Source: Lobosporangium transversale (taxonomy: Eukaryota). From it: a DNA stretch of 64,000 nucleotides. Both the position numbers and the translations under genes were made by a program. The notes below the pieces were generated by a model. It was not told the DNA's origin. It did not search any database and saw nothing but the letters and a program-made list of their open reading frames with translations. Location of the stretch: assembly GCF_002105155.1 (NCBI RefSeq), contig NW_019028980.1:62001-126000 (forward strand), given 5' to 3'. This document shows positions 1 through 11,243 of this stretch, piece by piece; the first letter of the stretch is position 1; every line of letters begins with the position of its first letter.

Positions 1-1178
1 GAAAATACACCTCTGTCCTCGCAAAAATAATTTTCATCATCGAAAAATTGTCCCGAAAACTTCTTGAGAGACCCAGATGAACATGCTTTGATCATAGCAA
101 GTGCTGCCCTATCATCATAAGCGTCTCGTGTGAATAAGGAACATTCTAGATGCTGTAATTTTGGGAAAATATCATCTGGAAAGGTGTCCTGATTGTAATG
201 TTCCTCGAATATTCTCGGAACGCGAAATCGTTCCAAATTAGGCAAAAATGTTTTAAAGAGGCGAGCGAGGAATAAATCTGGATAACCATCAGCATGAAAT
301 GGCAATGCCAACGCCTTAATATTAGAGACAAAGTTAGGGTTTCTGTAGCTGCTGTTGGTATTGTTATTGTTGCTACTACTATTTCCACTAATTTTGCTGG
401 CAATGCTCCTGTTGGGGCGATCCTCTATATCCTGGTCGGCGGTTCTGATCAAAGAGTCCAAAAGCGATGTAAAGTCATCTGAATAGCGAGCCGACCTTGG
501 ATAAGTAGCGCCTCTAACATAAATATGGCTACACTCCACCTCTGTTAGTTGAGGATGAGTCAGGATAGCCTTCAAGAACCGAAGTAATATTTTTTGAGTG
601 ATATGGAACTTCCGCAGGTCGAGTCTTTGAAGGCATGGCAAGGGCGAAAAGATGAGATCCAAAAGTTTTTGACGACCCCATAAATCGATGTTCGGTATGC
701 ATCCGACATCGAGCTGGAGAGCTGCAAGCTGTGAACAATGATGAAGGATCGTGAGGAGTTGCTTGGCTGCCGGGACAGTTAGGTTCTTAGAAGAGACTAG
801 AAGGCTATAAAGATTGAGGGGGGATGTAGAGCGTTTTAGAGATACCATTGCCCCTAACTCAGCTTGAAGTTTAGACGACGACGATGACGACAGTGAAGCC
901 TCGGCAGCTCCTGGATATTCAGACGCATCGAACGGGGCCAAGCCGAGATTAAGAGTTTCTAAATCACGAATCTTCATGGATCGAAAGCGATGAAGGTTCC
1001 GAAAAAGAAAATCATGTTCTAAACGTTCGGGTCTGATGGTTGCTTTGGAAAATAGGTGCGGTTCCAGCACAGAAGCAAACGCTTTACAAGTGAGCATCAA
1101 TTGAACCAAGTCGCACAGTGACAGATGCAGCGCTACTAAGCTAGCAAGTTCAGGAATGTTAAAAATGTTGGAAACCAT
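1..1178 (-). CDS. F-box-like / LRR (RNI-like) protein, 5' portion; the 3' end runs off the window
   Basis: Hand translation from the ATG at 1178 gives MVSNIFNIPELASLVALHLSLCDLVQLMLTCKAFASVLEPHLF (F-box-like start), then LRR-like segments (LQRLDL, LPNLERFRVP, FPKLQHLEC). There is no stop before base 1, which is why the ORF track misses it. Confidence 0.8.
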   Translation of the reverse strand, partial: MVSNIFNIPELASLVALHLSLCDLVQLMLTCKAFASVLEPHLFSKATIRPERLEHDFLFRNLHRFRSMKIRDLETLNLGLAPFDASEYPGAAEASLSSSSSSKLQAELGAMVSLKRSTSPLNLYSLLVSSKNLTVPAAKQLLTILHHCSQLAALQLDVGCIPNIDLWGRQKLLDLIFSPLPCLQRLDLRKFHITQKILLRFLKAILTHPQLTEVECSHIYVRGATYPRSARYSDDFTSLLDSLIRTADQDIEDRPNRSIASKISGNSSSNNNNTNSSYRNPNFVSNIKALALPFHADGYPDLFLARLFKTFLPNLERFRVPRIFEEHYNQDTFPDDIFPKLQHLECSLFTRDAYDDRAALAMIKACSSGSLKKFSGQFFDDENYFCEDRGVF

Positions 1179-2594
1179 TTGGCGATAAGGACCAATGTTG
1201 GGATGAGGATTGTCGTGAAAACATGCAAACTCTTTCTGATCTCCACGTGATCATCTGATTTTAGAGTTTGTTTCTTGGACAAAAATTAGTGCTCCACTCC
1301 TCTTCACTTACTTGGCCACGAAGATGCTTACTGGAGTATCGTAAAAAAAAAATCTTAATTTACTTTTGATTATATGACTGGAGACAGGTCTGTTGTGATA
1401 ATTGTTAGCCTCTCTCTTCACTTCTTGACCTCACTTAATCGTGATGGCACCCGGTAAACTTCCCTCGGCGTTTGTAGCACTGCGCTACCTATTTAGTAAA
1501 AAAGAAAGACAAAAGCTCCATCCTATTGCCAATACCAGTGCCAAATAGCAAAGTGCTCTGAAGCTCACACCAACCTTCCAAGTCCCTCTTCATAGCTCTT
1601 ATCTCTAGCACCATAGATTGGCAGAGGACCCCGTTAGGAACGACGGGAATACCTGTCCCAGCGCCCTCAGGACGAACGTAAGTGCCTCGTGTTGGGAAAT
1701 AGAGCAGTTGCCAGCCAACCGGCTCGTCCTATTAACCCCTTGGCGCCGAGCAACAACAAGCAGGTCCTGTTCCAATGGCTCTGAAAAGAAGCATCTCTCT
1801 TCTCCAAGAGCATTGGCAACTTGGCACGAATCAATCCTAAATCCACACAAGACGCGCCAGCAATCTTTGTCGCCATTGACAGCATGCCAGTGAAATCCTG
1901 TTCCCAGAAGACGAACTACTTGCAAATGATATCTGTAAGCTTCGGTATATCCGAAGAGTGGTAAATTTTCTCATTATGTGTGGTCTGTCAGTGTCGCACA
2001 CAATGAGCTATTCAACTCCTAGGATTTTAACAACGAATTTACCCAAGAAGGTCCGCCCAGAAGTTCTTAATGCCCGTTCTCGATTTTAAGATAGCTTTTT
2101 GCCAAGTATCCTGAATAAACACCCTAGTTTTCCTTGTACTCTACTCTTGTGCCCTCTTGCCCTTTCCATTGCATACTCACTCGCCTTACTCAGAAAAGGC
2201 CACCTTACCTTGTACTAAGCATAAGCCCCTGACAGGCTGCTCGACCCAGATTCCTCCAATAGAGCCATCAAGTCAAGAAAACAAAGACATTCCCGTTCCT
2301 TGCATCAGTCAATCGTATTAGGCAGCATTAAGGCTCTTGTGACAGGTACATCAAGGATTTACTTTATGAGCGATCAGCTTTTAAATCAATTTTTTTCCCA
2401 ATCCCTTCACTGTCAATTTAATAAGTGAAGGTGATTGGGAACAAGCCTATCAGATCGTTCAAGTATACTCAGCGAGCCCAGGGAATGAACAAAAGTGTAA
2501 AGTATGTTTATTGGGGTTTTTGGGGTGCAATAACTGAGTGATATCTAATTGTTGCTAATGGTAATGATGGACAAGTCTCGGTTATATCAGATAC

Positions 2595-3728
2595 CTAGGA
2601 ACTAAGGCCACTCGTCTCATCTTGCTTGTAAGCAAGAATACATCCATCCCTGTACACAAATCCCAAGCTTGCTTCATTGCCATATGCAATATATGGCGGC
2701 CCTGCATGCCACAGTTTTGGCTTGGATAACCAAACTAGGTTCCCGATACATCTTCCGCTATATTTGTAGAGCTTGTCAATTGCACACTCGTATTCCTCAC
2801 TAAACTTTCGAATCCAACCATCCCAAACATCTGATAATACATGAATTTCCTCTCCATTCTCCTGCTCTTCTTCTGTCAACTCGCTCACTTGATATATGTC
2901 TTCTGGAAACGCATCACTTTCCACACCATCATAGTTTGATATATTGCGTGCATTAACTTTAAACACAGCCTTGATGTCTGTAGTGTACCCAAAGCTATGT
3001 AGGATCGTTACAACTTTAAGATCCCGTCCCTTCAGAATTGGCTTGACCTTATGGCCTGAGTTTTGTTGGCTAGGTGTTGGATATTTGTTGGCTAGACCTA
3101 TTCCAATGACATGTCCTGGATGCCTTGCGTGGAGCTTAAGCATTGCTTTTTCGAGAGTTGTATACAGCTGATCATGGTATGGAGCCGGCTCAGGGAGATC
3201 GAGGTACAACAAGTCATAAGTCAATGTCACTCGGAAGCCTTTGGTGACTTCATCAATCCTGTGCTTACAGTCCGGATAGAATGCACACCACTTGACCGCC
3301 GTCGTAGATGATAGATCATAGGCGCTGTTCTCCACAACAAGCATGCCTCCTTCATAGCCAGTAGGCAAGCATACAACAAGAGATGCAAAGATGTTGGACC
3401 GAGGAGTGTCAACATGCTCCTTGAAGAACCCATGGGTCTCATACACACATATCTTGTTGAGTGACGCATAAATCGGTTTTGACGACTCCAAGATGTTGGC
3501 AACCTCAGCCACGAATCCTGGAATAAGCTCGTGATAGTTGTTGGACAGCATAAAATCCTTTGGCTTCAGCTCTTTGCAGTTACGATACGAATTATCGAAA
3601 ACAGCACGCTCGTTCATTCCGAATCCTGAAGAGATACTAGCGCTTTTTGATCCAAGCTTTTCCAGCATCCATTTGGGCAACACTACCCGGTGCTGTAAAG
3701 AAAGTGGATTCTGTGAGTTAATCAGCAT
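2595..3728 (-). CDS. 2OG-Fe(II) oxygenase (prolyl-4-hydroxylase-like), copy A, with a non-homologous N-terminus
   Basis: Intronless ORF with HxD (FFKEHVDTPR), a distal His and a 2OG-binding Arg (CKHRIDEVTKGFRVTLTYDL). The core is near-identical to 29459..30646. The start may be ATG 3728 or 3668. Confidence 0.85.
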   Translation of the reverse strand: MLINSQNPLSLQHRVVLPKWMLEKLGSKSASISSGFGMNERAVFDNSYRNCKELKPKDFMLSNNYHELIPGFVAEVANILESSKPIYASLNKICVYETHGFFKEHVDTPRSNIFASLVVCLPTGYEGGMLVVENSAYDLSSTTAVKWCAFYPDCKHRIDEVTKGFRVTLTYDLLYLDLPEPAPYHDQLYTTLEKAMLKLHARHPGHVIGIGLANKYPTPSQQNSGHKVKPILKGRDLKVVTILHSFGYTTDIKAVFKVNARNISNYDGVESDAFPEDIYQVSELTEEEQENGEEIHVLSDVWDGWIRKFSEEYECAIDKLYKYSGRCIGNLVWLSKPKLWHAGPPYIAYGNEASLGFVYRDGCILAYKQDETSGLSS

Positions 3729-4205
3729 CTCCGATTGTTACACTCATCAGGACGATTATTTTATTCAAGTCTTTGTGGTAAAGCAAAAAAAAAAAAAAAA
3801 AAAAAAGGTCTAGTTCTTCTTACATGGAATTAAGTACATTTCAAGGCTTCTTAGCGATCTTGTGTTTGGGCTGCAGATCTTCCCATACTTTAACATCCAC
3901 TAAGCTCCTGACAGTTTCGTCATATTGAAGCGGGACCGAGGGTCCAAATACCTAAATCGCGCCATTCATTCCAATCAACTATTAGAATTTTTTTATTGTT
4001 GAGTCTTTGAAAGAGATTGGGAGAATAGGAAGGTTTATATTAAAAATATCACTATATATACTATACAAAGGTAAAATTCTAAAACGATATTAGTGGTAGA
4101 GGCATATGGTAAGGAAGTGAGAGTAATCGGGGTGTCGAAAATCACTCCAGATGTATTAATAATTGGAATGATTTGCTTGGATGTCATCAATTGAAATGAC
4201 TATCG

Positions 4206-5495
4206 TTAAACTTTGGTATCTATAGCATCGCTGTCGGCTTCCTGCTCGTTTGAACGACACCTCACTCTGTCGGGGTCACTGCCGGTCTGCGGGTGATTTT
4301 CTTCCGAGGATGTGGCTTTGATCTCAATCATTGACGAACTTCCGGATTCGCCAATCGCTTCAACTTCAGATGGCTCACATATTTTTAAATTATTGTCATT
4401 CCTCTTTTTGTCAGGGCTCACAGAACTATCTCCTTCATGGGAGGCCATTGCTGTTGCTGCATTAGTAGCCAACGGAATGATAGTAGGTCGTCTAAAAAAT
4501 GATCCGTTTTTTATCTTTTCCGCAATATCGCCAATCATACTAGCCGCTGACGCTGAACGTGATCTGGTACCGGTGGCGTTGATGTTGTTCTTATTGTTCG
4601 ATGATCCTGTTGTGGCGGAAGATGGGAAAGGGTTGAGTATGCTGGAGGATGAACGCGTTCTGGTATTGCTAGGTCTCGCTTGCAGCCCATGATCCTGTTG
4701 TAATTCTTTTCGGTGCTCTAGCTCCAATTGTTGGCGGCGATCTTCGTCTTCTTTAAGCAGCTGCTGTTGTGCTTGTGATACTGCAAAGGCTCTCTTCACA
4801 CGCTGAGCGAAGGCTTCAAAGTTGCCATGCTGAGCCTGACGATAGACTGCGAATGTTGGGTAAACTTGTGAGTTAGTCGAATCCGCTGTGTTACCCCTTG
4901 GTCGAGTCTGAAAGGTGACGTTGTGTTGTGCTCGAGAAGGCATCAAGGAGTTTGAAGAATCATCTGTAGAGGTGCTTTCAGGGAGTGTAAATCGTGGTCC
5001 TTTGACCACAGCAGAGGGAATAGGTGGTAGTGATGGTGACAGGGATGCATCACTGGAAGGAGGAGGATGAAGCCGAATAGCAGGTGCCGCAGGTTGTGCG
5101 TCTGAGCGATTGGGAGAGTGAAGGACGACGGGTGTACGTATTGGTGAGTGAGTATAAATAGGTAAGCTGGACTCAACCACAGGTGAAGGAATCAAGAATC
5201 GGGCAATGAGCTATTCTCTCCAGACAAGGGTGAGAAAAAGAAGAAAAAAGAAACCGGTTAGTTTAAGTATTGGATAGGAATTCAGATTATAATGATCCTA
5301 ATTATCTGTGCTCTTCCATACAGAAAAAATAAGCCAAAGGCCAAAGAAGACGCCGAGGACAGCGCCGAGAGTCTTTGAGGAGATGCTATGGTGTTTGCCA
5401 TAAGCTACAGGAAGAGTAATGCAGAGGACAGCAGCGATCACAAAAAGACATCGCTGCACAGGCTTGTGCCAAGGAGGGTAGACATGTTTGAACAT
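4206..5495 (-). CDS. Hypothetical membrane protein (~392 aa): two N-terminal TM helices and a disordered tail; exons 5495-5322 and 5210-4206
   Basis: GTATGG donor at 5321, ACTAAC branch-like motif and AG acceptor at 5212-5211. This phase-0 intron joins the hydrophobic ORF 5298..5495 in frame to ORF 4206..5195. Confidence 0.7.
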
Positions 5496-5570
5496 TGAGT
5501 CAAAGTTAGCTGCAGATCCTCGATCTGGATTGCAGTTAATGTGTTGAATGAATTGTTAATGGAGACAATC

Positions 5571-5586
5571 AAAAAAAAAAAAAAAA

Positions 5587-5627
<41 letters not shown>
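5571..5627. repeat. Poly(A) followed by a (GA)n microsatellite
   Basis: Seen directly in the sequence. Confidence 0.9.
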
Positions 5628-5629
<2 letters not shown>

Positions 5630-6159
5630 CAGAGAAACAAGATCAAAATAGAAATGAATGACGAGACCAGATGGACTAAAGAGAACCAAAGAGGAGTTTT
5701 TATTTGACAGAAGTGCAAGGTTGCATCATTTTGAGTTTCTATTTTGCATGCATGTTTATATTGGATAAATATAACATCAATTATCCCATCTGCACTGAAA
5801 TACATGTCAACAAGCATTTAAAGCATGTTGGATTATGTGGTCACCTTTTGGGGTCTGCCTCAGCTTCATATCATAATCGCAAAAAAGGGGAAAGACTTAT
5901 GACGGCGGCACATGAACACTTTACTGCATGTTACACTGGATTCTTCCCTCCAAAATACTGTCGTTAGTCCAACGATGCCAGGAAAACCCTAAATACTTCA
6001 GAATAAGACCGAAAGAAGGAAAACCAACCACTATCATGTTTTCAGTAGACATGAAGATGGACTTCCTGTCATTCTTGATAGTAAGCTTCTCACAACAGAC
6101 AAACCGTCTTTCATTTAAGCCCTACATGTAATGTACTTTGTTATGGGACGCAGCCATAC

Positions 6160-6191
<32 letters not shown>

Positions 6192-7587
6192 CTTTTCAAT
6201 CTTTCACTTTCATCCCCAAGCATTCAAGCCTTCTTCGGCATATCGCTTGTCCAAAACAGCATCTCGCAATATTTGTCCCTTGATAGACTAATAGAGGCTG
6301 TTCGAACTCACAAAGAATGATCTCTCTACCTCAAACCCGTACTCTTATGCCATCCTGGAATAGCATATCAGAGAGTAGACACTAACTCTTACGACATCAT
6401 AGCAATGTAACGATCCTCGGGCGTTCCTATAACGCTATTGGTATGGATCGCTTCTCCGACAAGTGCGTCTATCCCAACTTGCAAGAAATGCCATGAATTG
6501 GACGAATTATGAGTAGTAAACTTTGCTGGAAACTCGATCAAGCTCTAAGAAATTGTCGGTGACTGAAGTGTCTGCACACGATTCTTAGTATAATGAAAAG
6601 ATTACCAATTTTACAAGTCATTTGTGTGACCGATCACATCCTCCAGTGGAGCAGTAAGTTGAGGTTGAGAGAGAGCTACTGGCGATGGCAGTAGCGACCA
6701 GCAACGACAATAGTATTAGAGGCGGCATCGTAAATAACAGTAGCAACAGCATCAACAATCGTCTAAATGATAGGGACAGAGTAGCATGTACATGTACACG
6801 TACTTTGGGTAATATACCCATCCCTCTCTTTTAGGTACCTCCTTGATATATTACCCATATTCGTCAACGCACAGCATTTTCAATGGGCCCTTCTTCACTT
6901 CTGATGGACGGACTCACGGCCCCTGTCACTTCTGAGTCAACAGCAGTTTGCTCTTTGGTGGTGACAACATTAGTGAGGGCCAAAGCTCCGCCAACATCTC
7001 AGATTCAGCTCTTTCTGGGCCCATAGATTCTAGACCGTGAATGTGCCAAAGTCTCAAAGTGCCAAATTTGGACATTCATGCCAGAGATTACAAGAGCATA
7101 AAATAAGCGGAAAGTAATATTGGTATGACAGTACATGTAAAAAGAGGGGCAGGAGGTAGACATAGTATATGTTTTCACACATCGCAAAGCTTGCACAATT
7201 GATAATATTCGAACATTTGTCCACTCGTATGAGGGACATCTTGGTACTGAGGATGGTATCTACCTTGTTCAGTCGCATAGGACAAAATATCAAAAAAAAT
7301 AGCTTCATTATAGTCCTAAGAGTTTAGTGCTTCCATGGGGATAGAGAAGCATCTGTCAAGGTCAATTGAAATCAGATTGAGAAGTAATGGTAAGAATGCC
7401 GTAAAAGAGATGCATATCTGAAATCATGATGGTAGCGATGTCAAGCTTTATCTGCTTTAGACCTTGCTCCTATCGCATATCACATAAAATAAAAAAAAAA
7501 TAAAAAAAGCATGCACGGGCATTATTTTATGTCCTAATGAATGCATTGGCCTCCACGGAGAAATAAACCTTATTTTTGGCCCATCAC

Positions 7588-7594
7588 TATAAAA
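7588..7594 (+). promoter_or_regulatory. Putative TATA box of the F-box/LRR gene
   Basis: TATAAAA about 130 bp upstream of ATG 7721, followed by a pyrimidine-rich leader. Confidence 0.4.
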
Positions 7595-7720
7595 CCATTG
7601 TGGGGCTCACTGGAATTGAACTTTCACAGGGCTGACGCCCATCTCCTCCATTCTTCCATTCTTTCTCTCTTTCTCTCTTTTTACACTTTTCTTTCTACCC
7701 CCCACTTTCCGATCTCCAAC

Positions 7721-9493
7721 ATGCAAACCTCACCTCTTGATATTCCGCATATTCGGGATTGTATTTCGCAATACCTGCCTCGGCGTGATCTTGCACGATG
7801 TGTACGAGTTTCCAAGGACTGGTCTCTGTACTTTACACCCCCCCTATGGTCTAGTCCCAATATAACTAACTACCGATTCGATGCTAAGACTCTTGAGGCG
7901 CAGGCTAAAAGCCTTTTGCGCTATCGACAGCACGTCAAGTTCCTTAACCTCAACAACTTTGATGCCAGTGGGCTGGTTTCCACCTCTGCTTCTGATCGAC
8001 ATGAATTTCCTAATCTTCGGAGGATGTACTACCGTAATGTTTTCAACGCAGGGCTGGATCCAGCAGAGAGTTTAGCGTTCATAGGGACATTAAGGTCTAT
8101 CGACACATTATGGCTAGAGTATCTGGATGGAGATGATGACAAGGCACAGGATCTTTTGGCAAGCATTCTCAGTAACCCATCTTCATTACCCAACCTTCGA
8201 GACTTTATGTTGCATGGGCGAGCTTACTCTGTGCAGAGAGTCCAGCAGCTTTTCATCATAGTTTGCTCTCGATGCCAGATCGTTGATTTCAGGCTGGTAC
8301 TAAATCGACCACAGGCTAGGAATATCCCAGCCCTCGATGCACTCGAGATCACTATCCAGGAACAGATGCCCATCACCAAGATCCGGTCATTGAAGATTGA
8401 TTTTCTAGAGTATTCAGCTCAAGCATATTTGACCTCACTGTTAGGGAAATGTCCTGATTTAGAGGAGTTGCATTTAGAGAGTTTTACAGCGAGTGATGAA
8501 AAGTGTCAGAGACTTGTTCAGCTTATGAAGTCAAATTATTATCCACGACTATGCCGCCTGTATGTAGAATTCTGTTCCGAGTCAGGGATTACTGAAACCG
8601 AAAGAATGCTGCTTGAGCTGCTCCAGATCGCAGGCGCAGGGAAAATAGAATATCACAGTAAGATTGAGCACTATATTGACAAGCACCCAAACAACGACAC
8701 CAGTAGTGGCAGAGGACATCTTCACAGTAGTGGGAATGGAAATGGAAGTGGAGGCCTTGAAACACTTGTGACTGAAGCGGCCTCACCATTTTCACCTCTG
8801 TTAGCAGCCACGTTGTTGCAGCATCACTCACAAACGCTCACTAGATTCGCACATAAAGGCCTGTTATCGATGAGTGTATTCTCAATGCTCGTGTGTGGAC
8901 TTTTAAAGCTCCACATTCTCGACGTCAAGCTCGACATTAATGTGTATCTTCATAAAAATATGGATGACAACATTGACAATGACAAAGATTGCACCAACAA
9001 GCATGAAGATGGATCCACTTTATCCATTCCAGGTCAAACGTCTTTCCCATCCTTGGATTTCAGGCCGTGGGCATGTTTAGACTTATGTAAGCTGGAGCTG
9101 ACCATTTGTGCTCAAGAGTACGAATGTGAAGACTACGAATCCAGCTCATGGATGACACCACAAGCAGAAAGAAGTCTTGATTATTTATTCTCAGAGATTG
9201 GCAAACTCCAGTTGATGAAAGTGTTGAACATTAGGACTTCTGGTACAAACCTAAGAGATATTTTTTCAGTAGCAGCAAATGGCGGTTATTTGGATCGTTT
9301 GCATAGACTGAAGCAACTCAGAGAAGTTGAATACATTCCTGAGCCTTTTACCTGCAAGTGGGATGCGAAGGAGGCCGCCTGGATAGAGGAAAACTGGCCT
9401 AGACTGGTCGAGATCGAAGTGGCCGGTGATAATATGGATGAATTTGAGCGAGAGATGTCTCATCGGAGACCATGGGTGGTGTTCAGAAAATAA
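7721..9493 (+). CDS. F-box-like / LRR (RNI-like) protein (~590 aa), intronless
   Basis: Starts MQTSPLDIPHIRDCISQYLPRRDLARCVRVSKDWSLYFTPPLW (F-box-like). It has LxxLxL repeats and a C-terminal WACLDL...LDRLHRLKQLREV...EAAWIEENWPRL motif like that of 61427..63367. ATG 7721 is preferred over 7541. Confidence 0.85.
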   Translation: MQTSPLDIPHIRDCISQYLPRRDLARCVRVSKDWSLYFTPPLWSSPNITNYRFDAKTLEAQAKSLLRYRQHVKFLNLNNFDASGLVSTSASDRHEFPNLRRMYYRNVFNAGLDPAESLAFIGTLRSIDTLWLEYLDGDDDKAQDLLASILSNPSSLPNLRDFMLHGRAYSVQRVQQLFIIVCSRCQIVDFRLVLNRPQARNIPALDALEITIQEQMPITKIRSLKIDFLEYSAQAYLTSLLGKCPDLEELHLESFTASDEKCQRLVQLMKSNYYPRLCRLYVEFCSESGITETERMLLELLQIAGAGKIEYHSKIEHYIDKHPNNDTSSGRGHLHSSGNGNGSGGLETLVTEAASPFSPLLAATLLQHHSQTLTRFAHKGLLSMSVFSMLVCGLLKLHILDVKLDINVYLHKNMDDNIDNDKDCTNKHEDGSTLSIPGQTSFPSLDFRPWACLDLCKLELTICAQEYECEDYESSSWMTPQAERSLDYLFSEIGKLQLMKVLNIRTSGTNLRDIFSVAANGGYLDRLHRLKQLREVEYIPEPFTCKWDAKEAAWIEENWPRLVEIEVAGDNMDEFEREMSHRRPWVVFRK

Positions 9494-10214
9494 AATTATT
9501 TGTATATAAATATAAAGAAAAAAGGGTTCATCTGTTTCTTCTCTCTCTCTTGTATTTGTTGTGCTTCGCCAGTTTTCACGTAAATGGTGGCGATAGTCAA
9601 TGGTCTTTATAATAAGCATGAGCGACCAAAGAGAGATTAAAAGGGAGGAAGAAAAGATGAGCAATGGAGAGGAAAGAAGCCTCGCCGTCCTCCATGGTTA
9701 GCCTCTGAAATGACATTTGCAACATTCCAGTGTGCAATAAGAGGTTACGTCCCTGTTCTTTCAGCGCCACCAATATCTTCATGTTGCAGTATTTAAGCTG
9801 TGCTTCATCACAAGGATATCACACCCCTTGCTGACGTCTGATATCGCTTTTGTCTTTTAATAAATTGGTAATTTATCCCATGTGGCACAATTCAAGCAAA
9901 CAAACATTGGATAAGAACATTGGAGCATAGCACGCATCAAATTAAATTAGTTGGGTACATCCCAGCGGGAAGGAAGAAAATATTTTCCTGGGGGATTGAT
10001 CTTTTTGGGTGATTGAAGTCAACTTTTTGTTACACTTGTGATTTGGATAACATGGATGCACACAGCGTATTTTTAGCCCTGGCAACTCGGAGACATTGAG
10101 GAGAAATAATAACGATGAGACAGAGTCTTTAAAGTATGGTCTTGCACAATCCAAGAAACTCTGGTCCGAGACAAGATGAACACCTTTTTTCTTTTTTTTT
10201 TTCTTTTTTTTACA

Positions 10215-10284
10215 CAACAACAACAACAGCAACAGCAACAGCAACCGCAACCGCAATAACAACCGCAACAGCAACAGCAACAGC
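10215..10284. repeat. Mixed CAA/CAG/CCG trinucleotide microsatellite
   Basis: Seen directly; it produces the spurious poly-Cys and poly-Leu ORFs in the track. Confidence 0.8.
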
Positions 10285-10702
10285 CACACAAATCGTTCGT
10301 TCATGCAGACATTGACAATTAATTGCATGGTTGCATGGGATAAAAAGAAAAGTAAAAAACCAATTTCTGGAACAGTCACTGTGCACACAGAAAGTTTCTT
10401 TTCTATTTCTCCATCCCTTTCATCCTTTGTGCATCCTCTCCATCCTGTACATCATTTTCATCATTCTGTTTATTTGTTGGCATACAATTCCATTCCATTC
10501 ATTGTTCTTTTATTTTTTTATTTTTTTTATTTATTTATTTTTTTTTTTTTTAATATTCTTGTAACCATATCAACAATATCAATCATATCTTCTTTTTATA
10601 TATATATCATAAAAACATACATTACGACACGTTACTTTCCATCTACATCCATTCAAAAAAGCATCTCCATTCCATCCAGCTTGCAGTCTACACCATTCTT
10701 CT

Positions 10703-10733
<31 letters not shown>

Positions 10734-10890
10734 CATTTACACTTGTTTCAATTGTTTCCCTTACCTCTCCGCTTCTAATCGACTTTAGTATCATTTGTAT
10801 CTAAACTCTTTCCGAGAAAGCCAACATCGAAGAAAACAAAAGGCTTTTGCAGCTTAAGTTTTTCCTCTTTTTGCTTTCTCTTCTCCTCAC

Positions 10891-10949
10891 TTTCCCTTTC
10901 CCTTTCCCTTTCCCTTTCCCTTTCCCTTTCCTTCTCCCTTTCCCTTTCC
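10891..10949. repeat. (TTTCCC)n hexanucleotide repeat upstream of the NIPA gene
   Basis: Seen directly in the sequence. Confidence 0.85.
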
Positions 10950-11243
10950 GTTTCCACACATTCATCTCATTTTTTTTCATCTCATATCCCTCTACACTCC
11001 CTTTACTTTCTTTCTTTTCTACACTTGATTCTGAGATATTCTTCCAAAGAGGTCTCTTTCCTCTCCATATCCATTGAGCTATTCGTTGCTCTGGTGAGAC
11101 TGGAACTGGAAAACAAAAGGCTTCAGCTTTCTTGCGCAACTTGTGATTCCACACCTTCCTACTCTGCCGCCTCCCTCCTTTTTTTTTCTCTTATTCTCTT
11201 TGACTCTCCACATTCTCTATCCACCTTGACAACATAATTCATC

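Noticed and set aside
1500..2400. Short overlapping ORFs in a GC-richer patch
   Set aside because: No recognisable motifs or coherent splice model. It may be a decayed gene but cannot be assigned.
5700..7500. Short ORFs between the membrane-protein gene and the F-box gene
   Set aside because: No frame gives a recognisable protein.
10073..10291. 72-aa poly-Cys ORF (CGCCCCCCGCYC...) resembling a metallothionein
   Set aside because: It is the reverse reading of a CAA/CAG microsatellite plus poly(T), and it lacks an ATG start.
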